Notes under the pieces: generated by a model
The model's input: the letters and a program-made list of their open reading frames with translations, nothing else
Database searches by the model: none
Told to the model about the DNA's origin: nothing
DNA from: Saccostrea cucullata
Lineage: Eukaryota
Assembly (NCBI RefSeq): GCF_032062105.1
Contig: NW_026926516.1
Span: 186,001 to 250,000, forward strand
Direction of reading: 5' to 3'
Length of the DNA stretch: 64,000 nucleotides
In this document: positions 15,301 to 28,494 of the stretch, piece by piece
Numbering within the stretch: position 1 is the first letter of the stretch
Layout: each line of letters begins with the position of its first letter
Translations under genes and position numbers: made by a program

Positions 15301-18300
15301 GAGTCGCAACCACTTAGTGACTTGGTCCCCTGCATGGCGCGGTGGTTAGCAGTATATCGCGAGGTAAGGAGTTGATCCTTAGGTCGTGGGTTTCAATACC
15401 ACTGTGGGACGTAAAGATTGGTCCTTCGGATGAGACCGTATAAACCAAGGTCTGGTGTCGCAGTAGGTGCTGGTGCAAAAAAGATCCCTCAATCCTGCTC
15501 ACAAAGGTCTTAGTCTCCATATGAGTTAAAAATTCTCCAGAGGGACATTAAACAACATACAAACAAACAATCAAAAACTAAAGTGTCTTACTCTTTAAAA
15601 GTATTATACCCTGAAAACCTGAATCCTCAGTTATTATGAAGTTTTTTCCTTGGTCCCATAAAGTTCAAGCTATCAAAGTTTGACTGTGTATACAATGTAT
15701 CAATACTGCAATTGTTTACAGAACACTGCCACTGAATGAAGAATCAAGGAACTACTGTATTTACTGTATACATAGTATACAGGGAAATTTTTGCTCCCAT
15801 TTAATTTTTACCCCTTTAAGTAACAAATGGGTAAATTTAAAATGAGACAAATAATTCAAAATAGAAGAAGAAATTTCTAAAATACAACTGTGTATGGGCA
15901 AAATTTTTAAAAGGGGGCAAAATTGTTTTCATGTGAGAGGGTGAAAATAACTCTTATAAACACGAACTTCAATATCCTTTCAATCTCATTTTCACAGATT
16001 TTCCCTTCAACACCTCCTTGAGAAATGAATCAGCAAAATAGAAAGGGTACTTTATCGGCTTAAATTAACCTGTTCAGTTATAAATCTACTCAAGTGTGCA
16101 TGTTCATCTATCATCAGAGAGATATTTGTGAAATAATGAAAATATGTCCATCATTGATGTTCCCTCACACTGAATCTGGTGACAAGCTGACTGACCATTA
16201 ATAGTCCACGCTGTCAGAAGCTCTGGAATCTGGACACTGGAAAATTCATCATGTTCATTATCCATTGACTAGATACAGCTTTGAAGACTAAGCTGTATGA
16301 GTTATCCATTATTATCCTTTAATTATCATGATTATCATCCTTACATTTCAAAACAAATGTCATAAAGGCCAATTTCAAAACATTGGGGGAAAAACAAAGT
16401 AATATTTTAAAGGGGCCTGGACACAGTTTTAACTGATTTTTTAAAACCAATTTTAATGTTTACAATTCCTATCTAAGGCATCATCTATTGATTAGCAAAA
16501 ATTTGAACATCATTTGTTGATTAACAAACAAGATACAGAACTTAAAGTTCTTCATAATGTAAACAAGGCTCGTGCCTTGTTTTTGTTTACATGTAGAAAA
16601 TATCATATTTATAACACAATGAAGTTCAGCAAATCAATAGTAACTGTCGAATCGTATTTTAAATTAACTTTTATTTGAAATTATCTACTTTGAACAAACA
16701 TATATTAGTATATTAACCTGTGTAAACAAAAACATGCCACTAGCCTTGTTTACATAACAAAGGTTTGGAGTTCTAAATCTATCTTGTATCTGGACAACTG
16801 GCGTTCAAATTTTTGATGACCATTAGACAGATTCTAGTTAAATATTCGTAAAAATGGAAAAATAAATTTTGAAATTTTAGCTGAAACTGTGTCCATGCCC
16901 CTTTAACCTATTCATCGATTCTTAAGTTTAAAAAACAAGGACAGTTATGACCGACCATCCACTAACATCACTAATTAAAATTGATTGAAAAACTCTTAAG
17001 GTTATAAATATGACCCATCCAATATTATCCCTCTGTTGAAAAAGGTTATATGACCCATACAGAATTTATAATCCTAAGACCTTCAGTTGAAAAAGGTTAT
17101 ACACTGCATGACCCATCCAATATATCCCTAAGTTGAAAACCAAGATCATATATGACCTATCCACTATATTCCTGAGGGGTAAAAAAGTAATATGGCCTAT
17201 AATCCACTATATTCATATATTGGACAAACACTTGGGCCAAGCAAAACATACACTTTTAAATTATTCATTTTGAAAACAAATGAAATTTAGTCCCCAAAAT
17301 TCCTACTGATACTTAATTCTCAATTCAAATCTGTGCCCATGTGAATACATATCTGAAAACATCTCCAAAAACAAAATATTTAAACCATTCCTCATATCTC
17401 CCTACATAATTCAAACAAAAACTACAATGTATGCCCAATCTTCAAAACATACCTCTGAAAACTCAGGTCATGCATGTACAGTGCTGCATTAGACTTCCCT
17501 TTTTTGTAAGCCTTGGTCTTAGAATCGTGAGATTTCCTTATCTCTGGTACAAAGTTCTTATTGAACAGCAGCATATGCATTATGAAGCTCCATTAAGGCC
17601 GTGTACACCGTCTGGAGCCATTATTCTGTTTTGTGTATATAGTCTCTGACATAAGTGATAATCACTCTCATTAGCAGCCCAGTCGAAGAGAGCTTCTTTT
17701 TTGCAAAACAACTTTAAATTGTTGACGAAAACCTTAAATAACTTTTCAAAATATTTATATAAATTAGTCAGATTTACTAGACAATATTGGATATGAAGAC
17801 TCCAACTGTGCAGTTTCCTAATATTTATTTCCATATTTATAAAATCAAATTTATACAAAAATATAGCCTCCTACAAAGCAGCTTTTATTAAACTGAAGAA
17901 CAATGTTGATAAACAATGCATACGTTATTAGACAATATAATTGCTTTTATATAGACACCAACAGCTAGCATCTGACTAATAATTCTAATATTTCAAAATT
18001 TAAATCAAATTTACACAAACAATGAAAAAAGCATTTTTTAATAACTTCATTTTTTTTAAATATTTGCCTGAATTATCAGATTTAGATTATATATGGGATA
18101 TGGCCTGCATGTAACAACTTTTAGCATTCCATATTTTAATCCAATTTCTACACTCTTGGCCCCTTTATCAACATACCTTTCGAAGAACAACAGCCATATT
18201 TCATACCTGTTGATTTCTATCCATTACAACAGGCTGGTTATTAAATACAGTAAATCCTTGTTATCACAACCTAAATGGGGCTGAGAAAAAACTAATATAT

Positions 18301-21300
18301 TCAAGGATTCAAAATACAAAGTGAAAAAGTGGTTGCATGGGACTTCCAAATTATTTCAACTATCCATGGTAAAGGAGGTAAATGAGATACTAATGTTCAA
18401 CCATATATACCGTATAATCCTTATTAACCGTCCCTGCCCCTATAAGCACCCCCTTAGGTCTTTTTCAATTGTCAGGAAATAAGAGCCCCCCCCCCCCCCT
18501 CTCCTGTGCAGTGATTAAAATCAACTAGAATTGTATCAAAAAATTGAAGAAAGTGAAAATGAAACATGTCTATTATCCAATTTCTCAATGGAAAATGAAT
18601 AATTTAGCATACTTTGGGTGGATTAGCTTCACTTAAGGTAAAGTTAGACATTATTTTAGTGGTTCCTTTTATCAATTTTTTTTTTCAAAAGATTTTTTGA
18701 AATTAAAATATGACATTAAATATTATAAAGAGAATACCATATACCAAAATAAACCAAAATAACCGCCACCTTTTTTGCAATTTTCTAACCGCCGTATAAT
18801 AGGGATTATACGGTATGTTCAATCTTTTAAAAAAAAAAGGGTATTTAGTGTCAAGGAAGGTGGAATTCTAAGTTTTAAAAGGCACTGAGCTAATTTTTTT
18901 TTTTTAGAAAACTGACTCAAAATATCTTTTCTTCCTCATATATACAAAAAAAAAGTTATTCAGTGTCAATCTTATTTTAGCTCTGTGTTCAAGATTTTAA
19001 ATTAACATTAACAAGAAACAAAAATTTTATTGAGAGGGAGGGGGGGGGGCATGTATGCATGGACATGTATTCAACCTACATATAAAATACTACAATTATT
19101 AAAAAAATCTTGGACATCTATAATTTGAACTACATGTACTTAAATAACAATATGTGAATGATGATCGAAGCCCCACTCACTGATATCAAAACCACAGACT
19201 CTTAATATACCTGCATGTTATGCAAATATAAACTGCTCTAGGCCAAAATAAAAAAATACTCTTGTTTCCTGTCACCCGATCTACCCTACATTTTACCCTC
19301 CGACCCTAAAAGTTTTTATTACATTTTCATTTTTTGGGTGACTATTTTCCTAAAATACTAAACAAATGCTTAAGTCGACCAACAATATAATTATACAGAA
19401 CTAATACATCACAAGTGTACAGGATACCTTTACTTTATAAATCTTCATTACCAAACTTGCTTTGTAAACTGTTAACATATCATTTTCTTGTTATTACATG
19501 ATATATGTTCTTCAGTCATTGAGTTTTCAAAATAAAATTTTTTCTCAACCTACCTACCCTAATTTTTTTGGTCAGGGGACAGGAAACAAGAGTATATTTT
19601 CTTTTGGCCCTAGTTAAATGTCAACTGGATCATAGCTGTACAATTTTCAAGCTGGATGTGTATCAATTGAGTATTGACTTGTGCTTTATAAGAGAATCTG
19701 TTCAAACAGAGAGTTGATAATTCAAAATAAAGCAAGGATCGAGTCCTTACAAGATGGCAGTAAAAACAAAATAAATTGAATATTCTGAGCAACCTGCGAG
19801 AGTGTGACATCATTTTAATGAATGAGTGGGCGAAAGACAAGGAAAGAAGGAAGTACCTCGGATGTCGACTAAGAAAAGGAAGGGTTAGCTCAAAAAATTT
19901 TAAAAATTACACATCATGATGAGCATCACTGAGAGTTTCTCCAATGACAATTATTACTTCTGCCCTAATTCCTGCACTTATTGCACTGAATCTAATTTTT
20001 TGTGCTGTGCTCATGCATACTTGGTGACCTCGTTAAGATCTAGGTTAATTACAAATGCTGTAATTTCTCCTGTCATAATTTTCTGTGATGCATGTATGAT
20101 TAAAAGCCATTGGTAAACATAATGCAGCTATGCACTACCTCGACTTTGTAGTATTGCAGTTTTCCAGAGAAATTATGTTGCATCAAAGACTTCATGAATA
20201 ATAGAGCCATGCACACAAAACATGCTAAATCCAATCCTTTTCTGTAACATTTTCTTAATTTTCAAGGCTTTGATAGATTACATATATATTAAGTTTCTCC
20301 ATTATTTAACATTACCTACAACAAAGTCTGATGCACTTTGCATTTCCACAAAATTTTCAGTAAACACTCGACTTAATGACGTAATGTTCATCCCACTTGG
20401 ATAAACAAAAATGAAAGTATGTATAATATTTAATGGCATACTGTCAAATACAATATGTTTTGTTTTACTTCTAGTACGATATCATTAATGTAAAATTATG
20501 TAATGCAATGTTATAGCAAAGAGCACAGCAAATAGTAGTCATTTCTAGTAAATTTACAATCTGCATTGAATATCTGGGCCTGATCCATACACCATGTACA
20601 CATCAGATGTTGAAAATCTATTATCATGTTTACTTTCATCTCAGGTGTGTAAAAAAAGAACAATTAACACAGCATCCCACTAAAACATACATAAGAGCAC
20701 ACTACATCCATTACTGCTCTCTGTTCATTAAGCACGAAGCTCTTGATTTTACCATTTTTTAGGGGGCATAACTCTTTCACTTAGTATATATTTCAACAAT
20801 TTGAACAAACGTCCTGAAATGGGCAGTTAGACAGACAGACAGATAGGTAGACTAGGAGGAAACCTATGGTCCCCACTTGTTTCACCAGTAGGGGACTAAT
20901 AAATATACCGCAACATGTCATTTTGGGGTCCCATAATTTTGTACAGAGTAATGGCTTCGATGTAAGAATGCTTCCTTCCCTTTTAGCTGCACATGCATTG
21001 TAAGAACTTCCTTTCTTCTATCATCATACCCCTGGCCCCAACGTTATAACGTAGGCAGTTCCTTATTGATCAGCAACTTTAATTTTTACAATTCTCGAAT
21101 GCCTCATGCAATGCAATAATCAACACATTACCCTTAATATATATACTTCTCAAAACCATATTGGGTTTGAGGCGAAAGCCTATTTTTCTGTAAAATCCAG
21201 AAAATGATCTGTTAAAAAGGCAATACATTGTGAAGGCTTTGGAAATAGGAATTCCTCTCAGAATTTCTTGCGACGCTAGGAAATTCCCCTGGTATCGAAC

Positions 21301-24300
21301 AGGAAGGAGTAGCAGGCAAGACAACGATTTGTCTTGCGTCTTCTTTATGACCATTTCTTGTCACCAAAATCTCGTTAGTTTTAAATAAACTCAAGTAAAT
21401 GCCAGCATTACTGACATAAGAGTATCATAATTTTCTTGCAGTTAACGAGTTATTGTAAAAAAAAATGTTAAATGACTCGATCATCTTAGCTATTTGCATT
21501 ATAATATTTTGTCAAGTTTTAAAATCTCTCTCTCTGAGATGAAATTTTAAAAACTCCTGAAAATCAAAACTTATTTTTTTCACTATACAAATTTTATATG
21601 GTTTTAAATATACAGAAAAAATATTCGAGTGCCACTGTGGTGTGAATATTATGCAATACTAAATAGATAAAACACAATCTTCACTTCAGCCAGCCCTCCT
21701 AGCATAATATAAACTCCTACTACACTTTATTTATGAAAACCTACAAGGTGCCAAGAATTCAAATACGTGCACACGACTCTGATAAAATTTCATATAATAT
21801 CATGATTTTATCGAATTGGGAGGCTGAATATGAGATTGCATAATCTTCATCATTGGATTAAAATTGAGTCAATCTTCCAATTGAGTTAGACTGAACTACA
21901 AAAATATGATAAGAAAAATGTCATCCCAAACAAATCACAGCTTTCTTAGATGATAAAAATATTGGTAGTCAGTTTCATATTGAATTTTTTCTGTTGTTTA
22001 GTTTGTTTTTGAGTTGAACTAGCCCATAGTTTCAAAATAAAATTCAGCAACATATTATTGCATTTTTAATCCCAGGTAATGCAATTAAGTTGCATTTCTT
22101 AAGTTAACTCGAAGAGGATTCTCATGAAATTTATAGCACAGAGCATTTTTTTTTTCATCTTGTATTTATATATATAATTAGAAATAAAAAAAAATAACTA
22201 TTCTCTATACATTTCAATGACTTATGCATATCATCATGCATATGAAATAAAGTATATGTCAAATATATTTTTACGAAAATAATTTTTACTGTGCACATGG
22301 TGCAATTGATGATGTTTCTCCGGATACATGATCAGATCATATTTTGTTCCTGAATGGAAGGGCGGGGAGGAATAACCTTTCTTTTCACTTGTTAGTTGTA
22401 ACTTGTAATCATTTTTTTTTCAGAACAGTCCAGTCCAATACGAAAAATCGTAATATTACTAAAATTCGTAATATAAGCAATTTCTAACTCTTCTAAGAGT
22501 TACTTCCCTTTTTTCTGATACAACCTGCTTGTTATGTTTCATGAGAGATTATACGTCTCTGGTTTCATCAAATCATCGTGGATATGCATGCATTTTCTTT
22601 GTTTTGATGCATTTGATCCAAGTGCATGCAGAGTCAGAGCCTAGTGAATGTTGTACAAGTTATCCCCCGTAATATCTCGTTGTTGGAGATAAGGGTCTGA
22701 TTTTTAGGGTAGACTTCGGGAAAAATATAGGGAATTCGGGGATTATAGAACACTATGACAAGTTCTAGGATACATTGAAGTTTTATGGAAAATTGTTCCC
22801 ATCCCTGGGAAAATTCTTATATAAGAATAATAATACAAAATTTTCACTCACCCATTACTATTGTTACTTTCTTCTTGCATTTTCATACTTTTCGATAGAC
22901 GTCACTGACCAAAATGACCACGTGATACTAGTACCATTGGGGCATAATGTATTTCTGACGTCATACTTTCCTTAACATCATTCAGTTTCTTTCAATGCTT
23001 AATTTTGTCTTACATTACGAAAACTCGTAATATAGTCTCTCACAACATGCTATATTACAAAATTTCGTAATTTAACTATACTACGAAAAATAGTAATATA
23101 AGAATAATATTACGATATTCTGTAATATTACGATTTTTCGTATTGGACTGGACTGCAGAAAGGGGGGTGGGTGGTGAGTGGGGGTGGGGTGGGGGAGCTA
23201 AAACTTTTCTTCTACAGCCTTTGGTCATCTTAAATCATTTCTAGGCTACTTGACTTGAGAAATTTTATTTCTAACACTACAAATTCAATGTCACTAGTAA
23301 TGTATCTATTTATGAATCTGCACATATGTGGCTGAAATTTGGAATTCATGTTTAATTGGTGCTTACCAGATGAATAATGATTTCCGAAATGTGTAATATT
23401 TGTTAGTTAATGTGTTTGTACTATTGACTCCATGCATCCTCTCCTTGAAGTTAAGATCGTATCTCATTCTATAATTGTACTCATTATAAGACTTCACAAA
23501 TGAACTATATCATGTATATGGGTCTTCGTGCTTATATATCACGTAGATATCATTTTGGAGTCTGTATGTCTTGCACATCTCAGTTTTCATATGCATGCAT
23601 TACTCCAGGAAGAAACAGTCAACTCAGTAATTCAACTATTTTAAGTATCAACAAAAACATTGGTACTTATAAGAATATGATAAATGTGCACTTCATTTTT
23701 TCTTTTAGACATAAAGGTGTAGATCATAATTTCAATTTTAAAAAAAACACAACAGCAACAAATTAATACAACGTTTTATACTATTTTGCAATTGGTTTGC
23801 TTGTCAAGCTCTGTGTACACTATTTAGTGTTTTATCACTGATGATCAATGATTGAAAACGACAGCCTCTCCCTATTTCTTGTTTGCTGGGTTAACACTTT
23901 ACAGTTTTTTCTGGGGAAGAAAGCTAGGTTTCAACCTCATTAGCACCTCCTTCTCCTTATTGTTATTATTGAATCAATGAATGACAAACATATCACAACC
24001 AATGAGGTTTTTGTGTCATAAATGAAAGCCAAGAACAAGGCACCACATGAAATGGGGGTGGGGTGGGTGAGGGGGGATAGGAAGGAGGGTACACAGAAAG
24101 TACTGGAGACAGTAGCATTATATCAACAGCTGGTTCTACTGTGTGTACGGTCGTTTATCAAAGTGACTGCAGACATGCACTGGACAGCACTTCCTGGCCA
24201 ATAATTAGCTATTATTATGATTCCATTATCAACACGTGCACTTAGATCTATCTAATTATACACTTGCAAAACTCTTGACAAACACGCAAATGGGTAGACT

Positions 24301-24341
24301 TTTACTTACTTGGTCCCTGTGGGCCCGTTTTGGTTTGCCAT
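345..24341 (-). CDS. ARRB: Beta-arrestin (non-visual arrestin), 5' part; spliced, continues beyond the left edge
   Basis: Exons, all GT-AG with consistent phases: 24341-24310 ([10 protein letters not shown]+AA), 7554-7524 ([11 protein letters not shown]), 6544-6484 ([20 protein letters not shown]), 5252-5011 ([10 protein letters not shown]...[19 protein letters not shown]...[19 protein letters not shown]), 4180-4121 ([20 protein letters not shown]), 412-345 ([22 protein letters not shown]). These are the arrestin N-domain motifs. Exon 1 is less certain than exons 2-6. Confidence 0.95.
1758..2315 (-). mobile_element. Degraded HINE with internal tandem repeats
   Basis: AACAAGATGTGTTTGTGAAACAC is the reverse complement of the end of 50586-51190; repeated AAGGTCAAGGTCA and GTGAARTATGAAAGCCCT motifs. 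Confidence 0.75.
4415..4835 (-). mobile_element. Degraded CvA-like HINE
   Basis: ACAAGAGGCTCAAGGGCC...GGTCACCTGAG and CTCAGGTGACC termini. Confidence 0.6.
5730..5890. mobile_element. Short pogo/Tigger-like MITE
   Basis: TA|CAGTAAAACTC...GAGTTTTACTG|TA. Confidence 0.75.
10103..10277. mobile_element. Degraded pogo/Tigger-like MITE
   Basis: TA|CAGTAGAACTT...AAGTTTGACTG|TA; interior similar to 15236-15686. Confidence 0.65.
11330..12170. repeat. Minisatellite, ~29-32-bp unit TTCTCTACAACACTTATAAATCACTT(T)AG(TGC)
   Basis: More than 25 tandem units, decaying at both edges, with higher-order sub-periods. Confidence 0.95.
14190..14346. repeat. Local ~81-bp tandem duplication
   Basis: CCCTTATTTAGAAATCCCTTTTATATC at 14191 and 14272. 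Confidence 0.85.
15236..15686. mobile_element. Degraded pogo/Tigger-like MITE interrupted by a SINE
   Basis: CAGTTAAACTTTG...CAAAGTTTGACTG; same family as 10103-10277 but about 270 bp longer. Confidence 0.65.
15325..15570 (+). mobile_element. tRNA-derived SINE with V-domain-like body
   Basis: A box TGGCGCGGTGG (15335), B-box-like GGTTTCAATACC (~15389), body CCTTCGGATGAGACCGTATAAACC...AAAGATCCCTC, (CAAA)n tail. Confidence 0.8.
16411..16902. mobile_element. Kolobok-like non-autonomous element (TTAA TSD)
   Basis: TTAA|AGGGGCCTGGACACAGTTT...AAACTGTGTCCATGCCCCT|TTAA; largely palindromic interior. Confidence 0.82.
16985..17215. repeat. Degenerate ~40-50-bp tandem repeat (AAAGGTTATATGACCCATCCAATAT...GTTGA)
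   Basis: About five diverged units. Confidence 0.65.
18410..18813. mobile_element. Tc1/mariner-type MITE (CCGTA...TACGG, TA TSD)
   Basis: TA|CCGTATAATCCTTATTA...TAATAGGGATTATACGG|TA. Confidence 0.8.
19241..19609. mobile_element. PIF/Harbinger-like MITE
   Basis: TIR GGCCAAAA..AAAATACTCTTGTTTCCTGTC. 3-bp TSD CTA at 19238-19240 and 19610-19612. Confidence 0.78.
19857..19868 (-). CDS. Candidate 12-nt frame-preserving microexon of beta-arrestin (GTK becomes GTNRHPR before VFKK)
   Basis: Minus strand reads agCTAACccttccttttcttAG|TCGACATCCGAG|GTactt: branch point, pure pyrimidine tract, phase-2 symmetric, no stop codon. Confidence 0.55.
20745..20902 (-). mobile_element. HINE 5' fragment
   Basis: GGGGCATAACTCT, (GACA)n, and a GTCCCC...GGGGAC hairpin followed by an A-rich end. 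Confidence 0.5.
22426..23155. mobile_element. MITE, CAG ends, 5-bp TSD
   Basis: Perfect 34-bp TIR CAGTCCAGTCCAATACGAAAAATCGTAATATTAC. TSD CAGAA at 22421-22425 and 23156-23160. Subterminal TTACGA/CGTAAT repeats. Confidence 0.9.
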
Positions 24342-24900
24342 GGTGAAGTGTCAGCCGATCTCCAAGGCTAATCTCAATCGCATCAGCAACTTGATTTAAA
24401 TGTCTCCTTTAATACAAGCCAACGGATTTTTATCAGTGAACAAAAACACTCCACATTTCACATACAAACGCCCTTCGGCGCAAGATTTCAGCAACAAGCA
24501 AAATTGAACAGTCAGGCGCCTTGTTTAGTTGTAATGTAAACAAGGATTCATAACTTATTTTTCCTCGTTTCGTTTTTACCAACGTACGAGTCGAATCTTC
24601 ATGGCGGATGATCGATAATTTGGCAGTCTCTCTCGAGTGATCTACTCTTTAGCTGTCCGTAGCACACTGGACACAATATAATATGTCATAAACACTGACC
24701 TTTCCTATTTGTTCAATCGGTCAATCCGTCTCTAATTGTGTCATATCATACCCTTGTAAAATAGCTAGAAATATGCCATTGATTGAAGAATGTCACGTGA
24801 TAAAATCCTAAATATGTGTATTGTGACGTCAATCGAGGAATCCCCATCGGGCACCTGTTTTACGACAGAGGGGCTTTTCCGCTCCAACTCGCGGTTCAAT
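24342..24900 (-). promoter_or_regulatory. Beta-arrestin 5' UTR/promoter region
   Basis: CpG-richer island upstream of the ATG, with ATGGCGG (YY1-like, 24601), palindromic E-box TCACGTGA (~24793) and CRE TGACGTCA (~24824). Confidence 0.45.
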
Positions 24901-25241
24901 AAACAAAATTTTCAACTACTTTCAGCGGTACTTAATCGTTTTTCTTTTCTTTGGTCACATAAAAATCAAAATTACTGCAAATTATGCAAATTATTAAGGG
25001 AAGTCTTTTTTTCGATGTGAGTTCACATTTGTTTTCGGGAATTGTCTAACATGAAATATCTTTAATTTTACTTTAAAAACATCATTAAAAGAGTTCTTCA
25101 TTTATTTGCAAATTTGAAAAACTATGAATATATTGCGCTGTAATATAAGAATGAAAAAAAAAATGAATCAAGGAAAGCTTGCACAATCACATGCTGCGGA
25201 AAGGGAGGCAGCTCTTGAATACATATGTGTCAGTGATTCGT

Positions 25242-25245
<4 letters not shown>

Positions 25246-25274
<29 letters not shown>
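25246..25274. repeat. (CT)n microsatellite
   Basis: Read directly from the sequence. Confidence 0.9.
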
Positions 25275-25276
<2 letters not shown>

Positions 25277-26929
25277 TTATTTATTTACATAAACATATTT
25301 TTTTTTATTATCAAATGTTGTTTTATACCATAAAATAGTGTAGAAGACAGAACCATTAAACAATTCTTTTCTAAAATCGCCCGATGAATATATCTTAACA
25401 ATCCTATATAATTTCCCTCAAAATAAACATCACGCGATACATGGAAATTGCGTTGTCAATTACAACAAAACTTAATATTCAATCAGATAACACCTTTCAA
25501 AGTTGTTCAAATCAAAATAAAATGTCGGGAAAATGTTTATGTTTATAGTATAATCTATAAATACTGAAATATAAAACAGTCTCAGAAACAGAGTTAAAAT
25601 ATATTTCTTATTTTGAATAATATGAATCAGATGTTACTCATTCGAACAATCATTGTGTCCTTTCTGATATATTATATTTTATTAAATAAATTAAATCTGC
25701 AACATGAAAATAGTAATGTTGCAGATTTCATTTGCAATTTTTATTAATAATGGTTAATATTTATCAAATAAAATCTGCAACATGAAAATAGTCAGGTTGC
25801 AGATTTTTTTTTTTTTTTTTTTTTTTGATAAAAAAAAAATACCAGAAAGGACAATTGGAAAAGAATCGTTTATCATTTATTACTCACATTTAAATAATTG
25901 CCTCTGCACTTTATCCTACGAAGTTTGATTCAATTTCCCACCCCATGCAAATTAAGCTCCATTGTTTACATTTACACATTATTTACTCTTATACATTGTT
26001 TATGCAGAAGAAGGAACAAGACCCAATATGATCCGTGACAGTTTTTGTTAAGTTATAAAATGTTCGTCACGAAGTTAACCTAATATTTAGAAGCTTTTAA
26101 AATTCTCAATCTTTAAAGCGAACTTTTTGGACAAAGTCATCCACAATTTGAATTACGATCATCAAATGAAAAATGTAACAGATGTCAATTTGTCCTTTGG
26201 TCATCAGATCTTCGTTTATACTTATTCATGTTCAGAATGATTAGAGCCTCGTTCAAAAATAAATTACATTTTGCATCATCGTATGTATTTTAAGTAATTG
26301 TTCTGCATCTTTGGTAAATAAATTCTTCCTTTTAACTGGGAGTTAAATTTTTTTGCTTAAAAATCGTTTTGTATTTTTCTATTTTTATAAGAAAGAACAC
26401 TAATTATATATAACTAAAAGAATTTACAAACGCAGATAACAACACAGTTAGTTATATCCATTCTCAAGACAAGCTAAAACTAGGAATAAAATATGAATTA
26501 TTAAAAATTAATTCTAAATACATGTATATGAGAGAATGTCGCCACATTCATGACTTCCGACTACTAAATGGCGACTATAGCTCGTAATTTGCTCTTGAGC
26601 ACATCTTGATATACGATTTTAATAAGGGGTAATGAAATAAATTGCATAAATTTTATAAAGTAACTCACGATAAAACAAACATCATACTTTGCAAATATAT
26701 GATGAAGATAAAATCAGTATATTTTTCTTTATCTATATATTTTTAGCCTGTCTGTCCGACTAGAAAATTAAATTTAGGTGAAAACTGGAATGAAATAAGC
26801 TACATGTATTTCCATTTCAAGAATTTAAATTTTCAAGAATAAAGATCTGAGTCAATTTTGAATCCAAGGCAGGCTAATGACAAATTAATTGATGTTCTAG
26901 GGTTTCATACAATTTTTTAAATCCAACAT

Positions 26930-27258
26930 TTCATCCGTCTAGCTGTATATCTGTCCGTCTGTAACACTTTCGTTTCCTCGCGATATTTCGAGAAGCCTTA
27001 GACTTTTTGCAATCAATATACTACAGCTCCCTATATACGACCTACGGAAGACTCCTTTTTATTTTGAGGTCAAAAGGTCAAGGTTGTACATTCATACATT
27101 CTTTGTATCTGTAAAACATTCATTTACTGGTGATATTTCAAGAAGATTTTGAGGTTTTGTATTGAAATGTTATACTCTGTAAATCCCTATGGCCCCGCAT
27201 GTTCTTCTAAAAACGCCTCTTAAGCGGGGAACACATATTCTCTGATATATTAGCTTGT
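26930..27258 (+). mobile_element. Degraded HINE fragment
   Basis: (CCGT/CTGT)n followed by GTAACACTTT, TTTTGAGGTCAAAAGGTCAAGG and a GCTTGT end. Confidence 0.5.
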
Positions 27259-27504
27259 CATTATAGGGATTGCATCTCCATCTGAACGGGATGTGCTATA
27301 TGCACCTTTTAAAATAATTTCCCTCGTGTGTTTGTGGAATGGACAATTATCAAATTGATCAAATGACCTAGTCAATGAAAATTGATGTCGAAAAACTTTG
27401 CTGAAGGGTGGAATATGAAAATCACGAACAGAATTCAAGCTAAAAAAAAGTTCAGTTGGAACATTGCAAAATGGGAGCAGTGCAAACGCAGAACTCTGAA
27501 AAAA

Positions 27505-27566
27505 TCAGAGGTGGGATCAGGTGCTATGGAGGCGTATGCATCCCCCTGCCGACCGGTCATGTCTGC
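27505..27566. repeat. Dispersed-repeat fragment (GAGGTGGGATCAGGTGC...CATCCC...GACC.GTCA); second copy at ~34520-34570
   Basis: Two diverged copies in the window, both interrupted by DNA transposons. Class not determined. Confidence 0.6.
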
Positions 27567-28494
27567 TATGGAAGGGAATTACCGCCAAAAGTCTATGTAT
27601 CTTGCTTTTATTTTTATTCTGCCTACTTCTTTATGCTTTGTTATTATTGTAATTATATGTCACTTTATTGTTTTCATATTCGTCTTTATTACATTTCACT
27701 TTGACTTTTATCCTTCTTCATTTTGACCTTACTTCTATGTTGCTTTATTCTTCTAAATTCATTTTACTTTCTTTTAAATTGATACAGTTTCTTAAATGAT
27801 TATAACTATTACGAACGTTAACTCAATCACGCAAACAATGTAGCATATTCAATGAAGACGAATACAAGTTGTCCGAATTTAGTGCCGCATTATAACGCTA
27901 GATGGCAGGGATGTTCGCTAAGAGTGTTGGTAAAATTAGGTAAGCATACCCGGGCCGGGTTATTCGAGTTTTTTTTCAATTTTCTCAAACTTAAATTTTT
28001 AAAAGAATGATGTTTGTTATAAGTCCAGGTATGTACTCGATACATGCCATTCCCTCGGGTCTCGCTAGATGGTAAGCCCCCCGGAAGACTGACTACATAG
28101 TGATGCTTCCTTCTGAAGACTATACAGTGGGACTCCTCCCCCTCCCCGGGGAAGTTTCAATATATAGCTAGTCTTCCGTGGGAAATCTCGCTATACATAG
28201 CAATTCGCCCCATTCCTAGCAACCCCTACCCCGAATAGTTTTTTTTTTGAATCGTAAAACAATGTTTATATATACTAACGTTTTCAATTTTTGAAGAAAA
28301 GTTATCCGTTCAAACAGGGACCTACCGGGTATATACTAGTATATAGGTCCCTGGTTATATATGAATAAATATTTAAATAATATCATTTTAATGGTGTTTT
28401 ATAATTAAATCATTTTAACCATTTAGTTAAACATAGATAATCTTCACGAGTAAATATGGATATGACTCTTTCTCCCCCCCCCCCTTTGGATGCA

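Noticed and set aside
21079-21394. Minus-strand ORFs with nearby splice-like signals in arrestin intron 1
   Set aside because: The available donors are in the wrong phase for exon 7554, and the ORFs show no recognisable homology.
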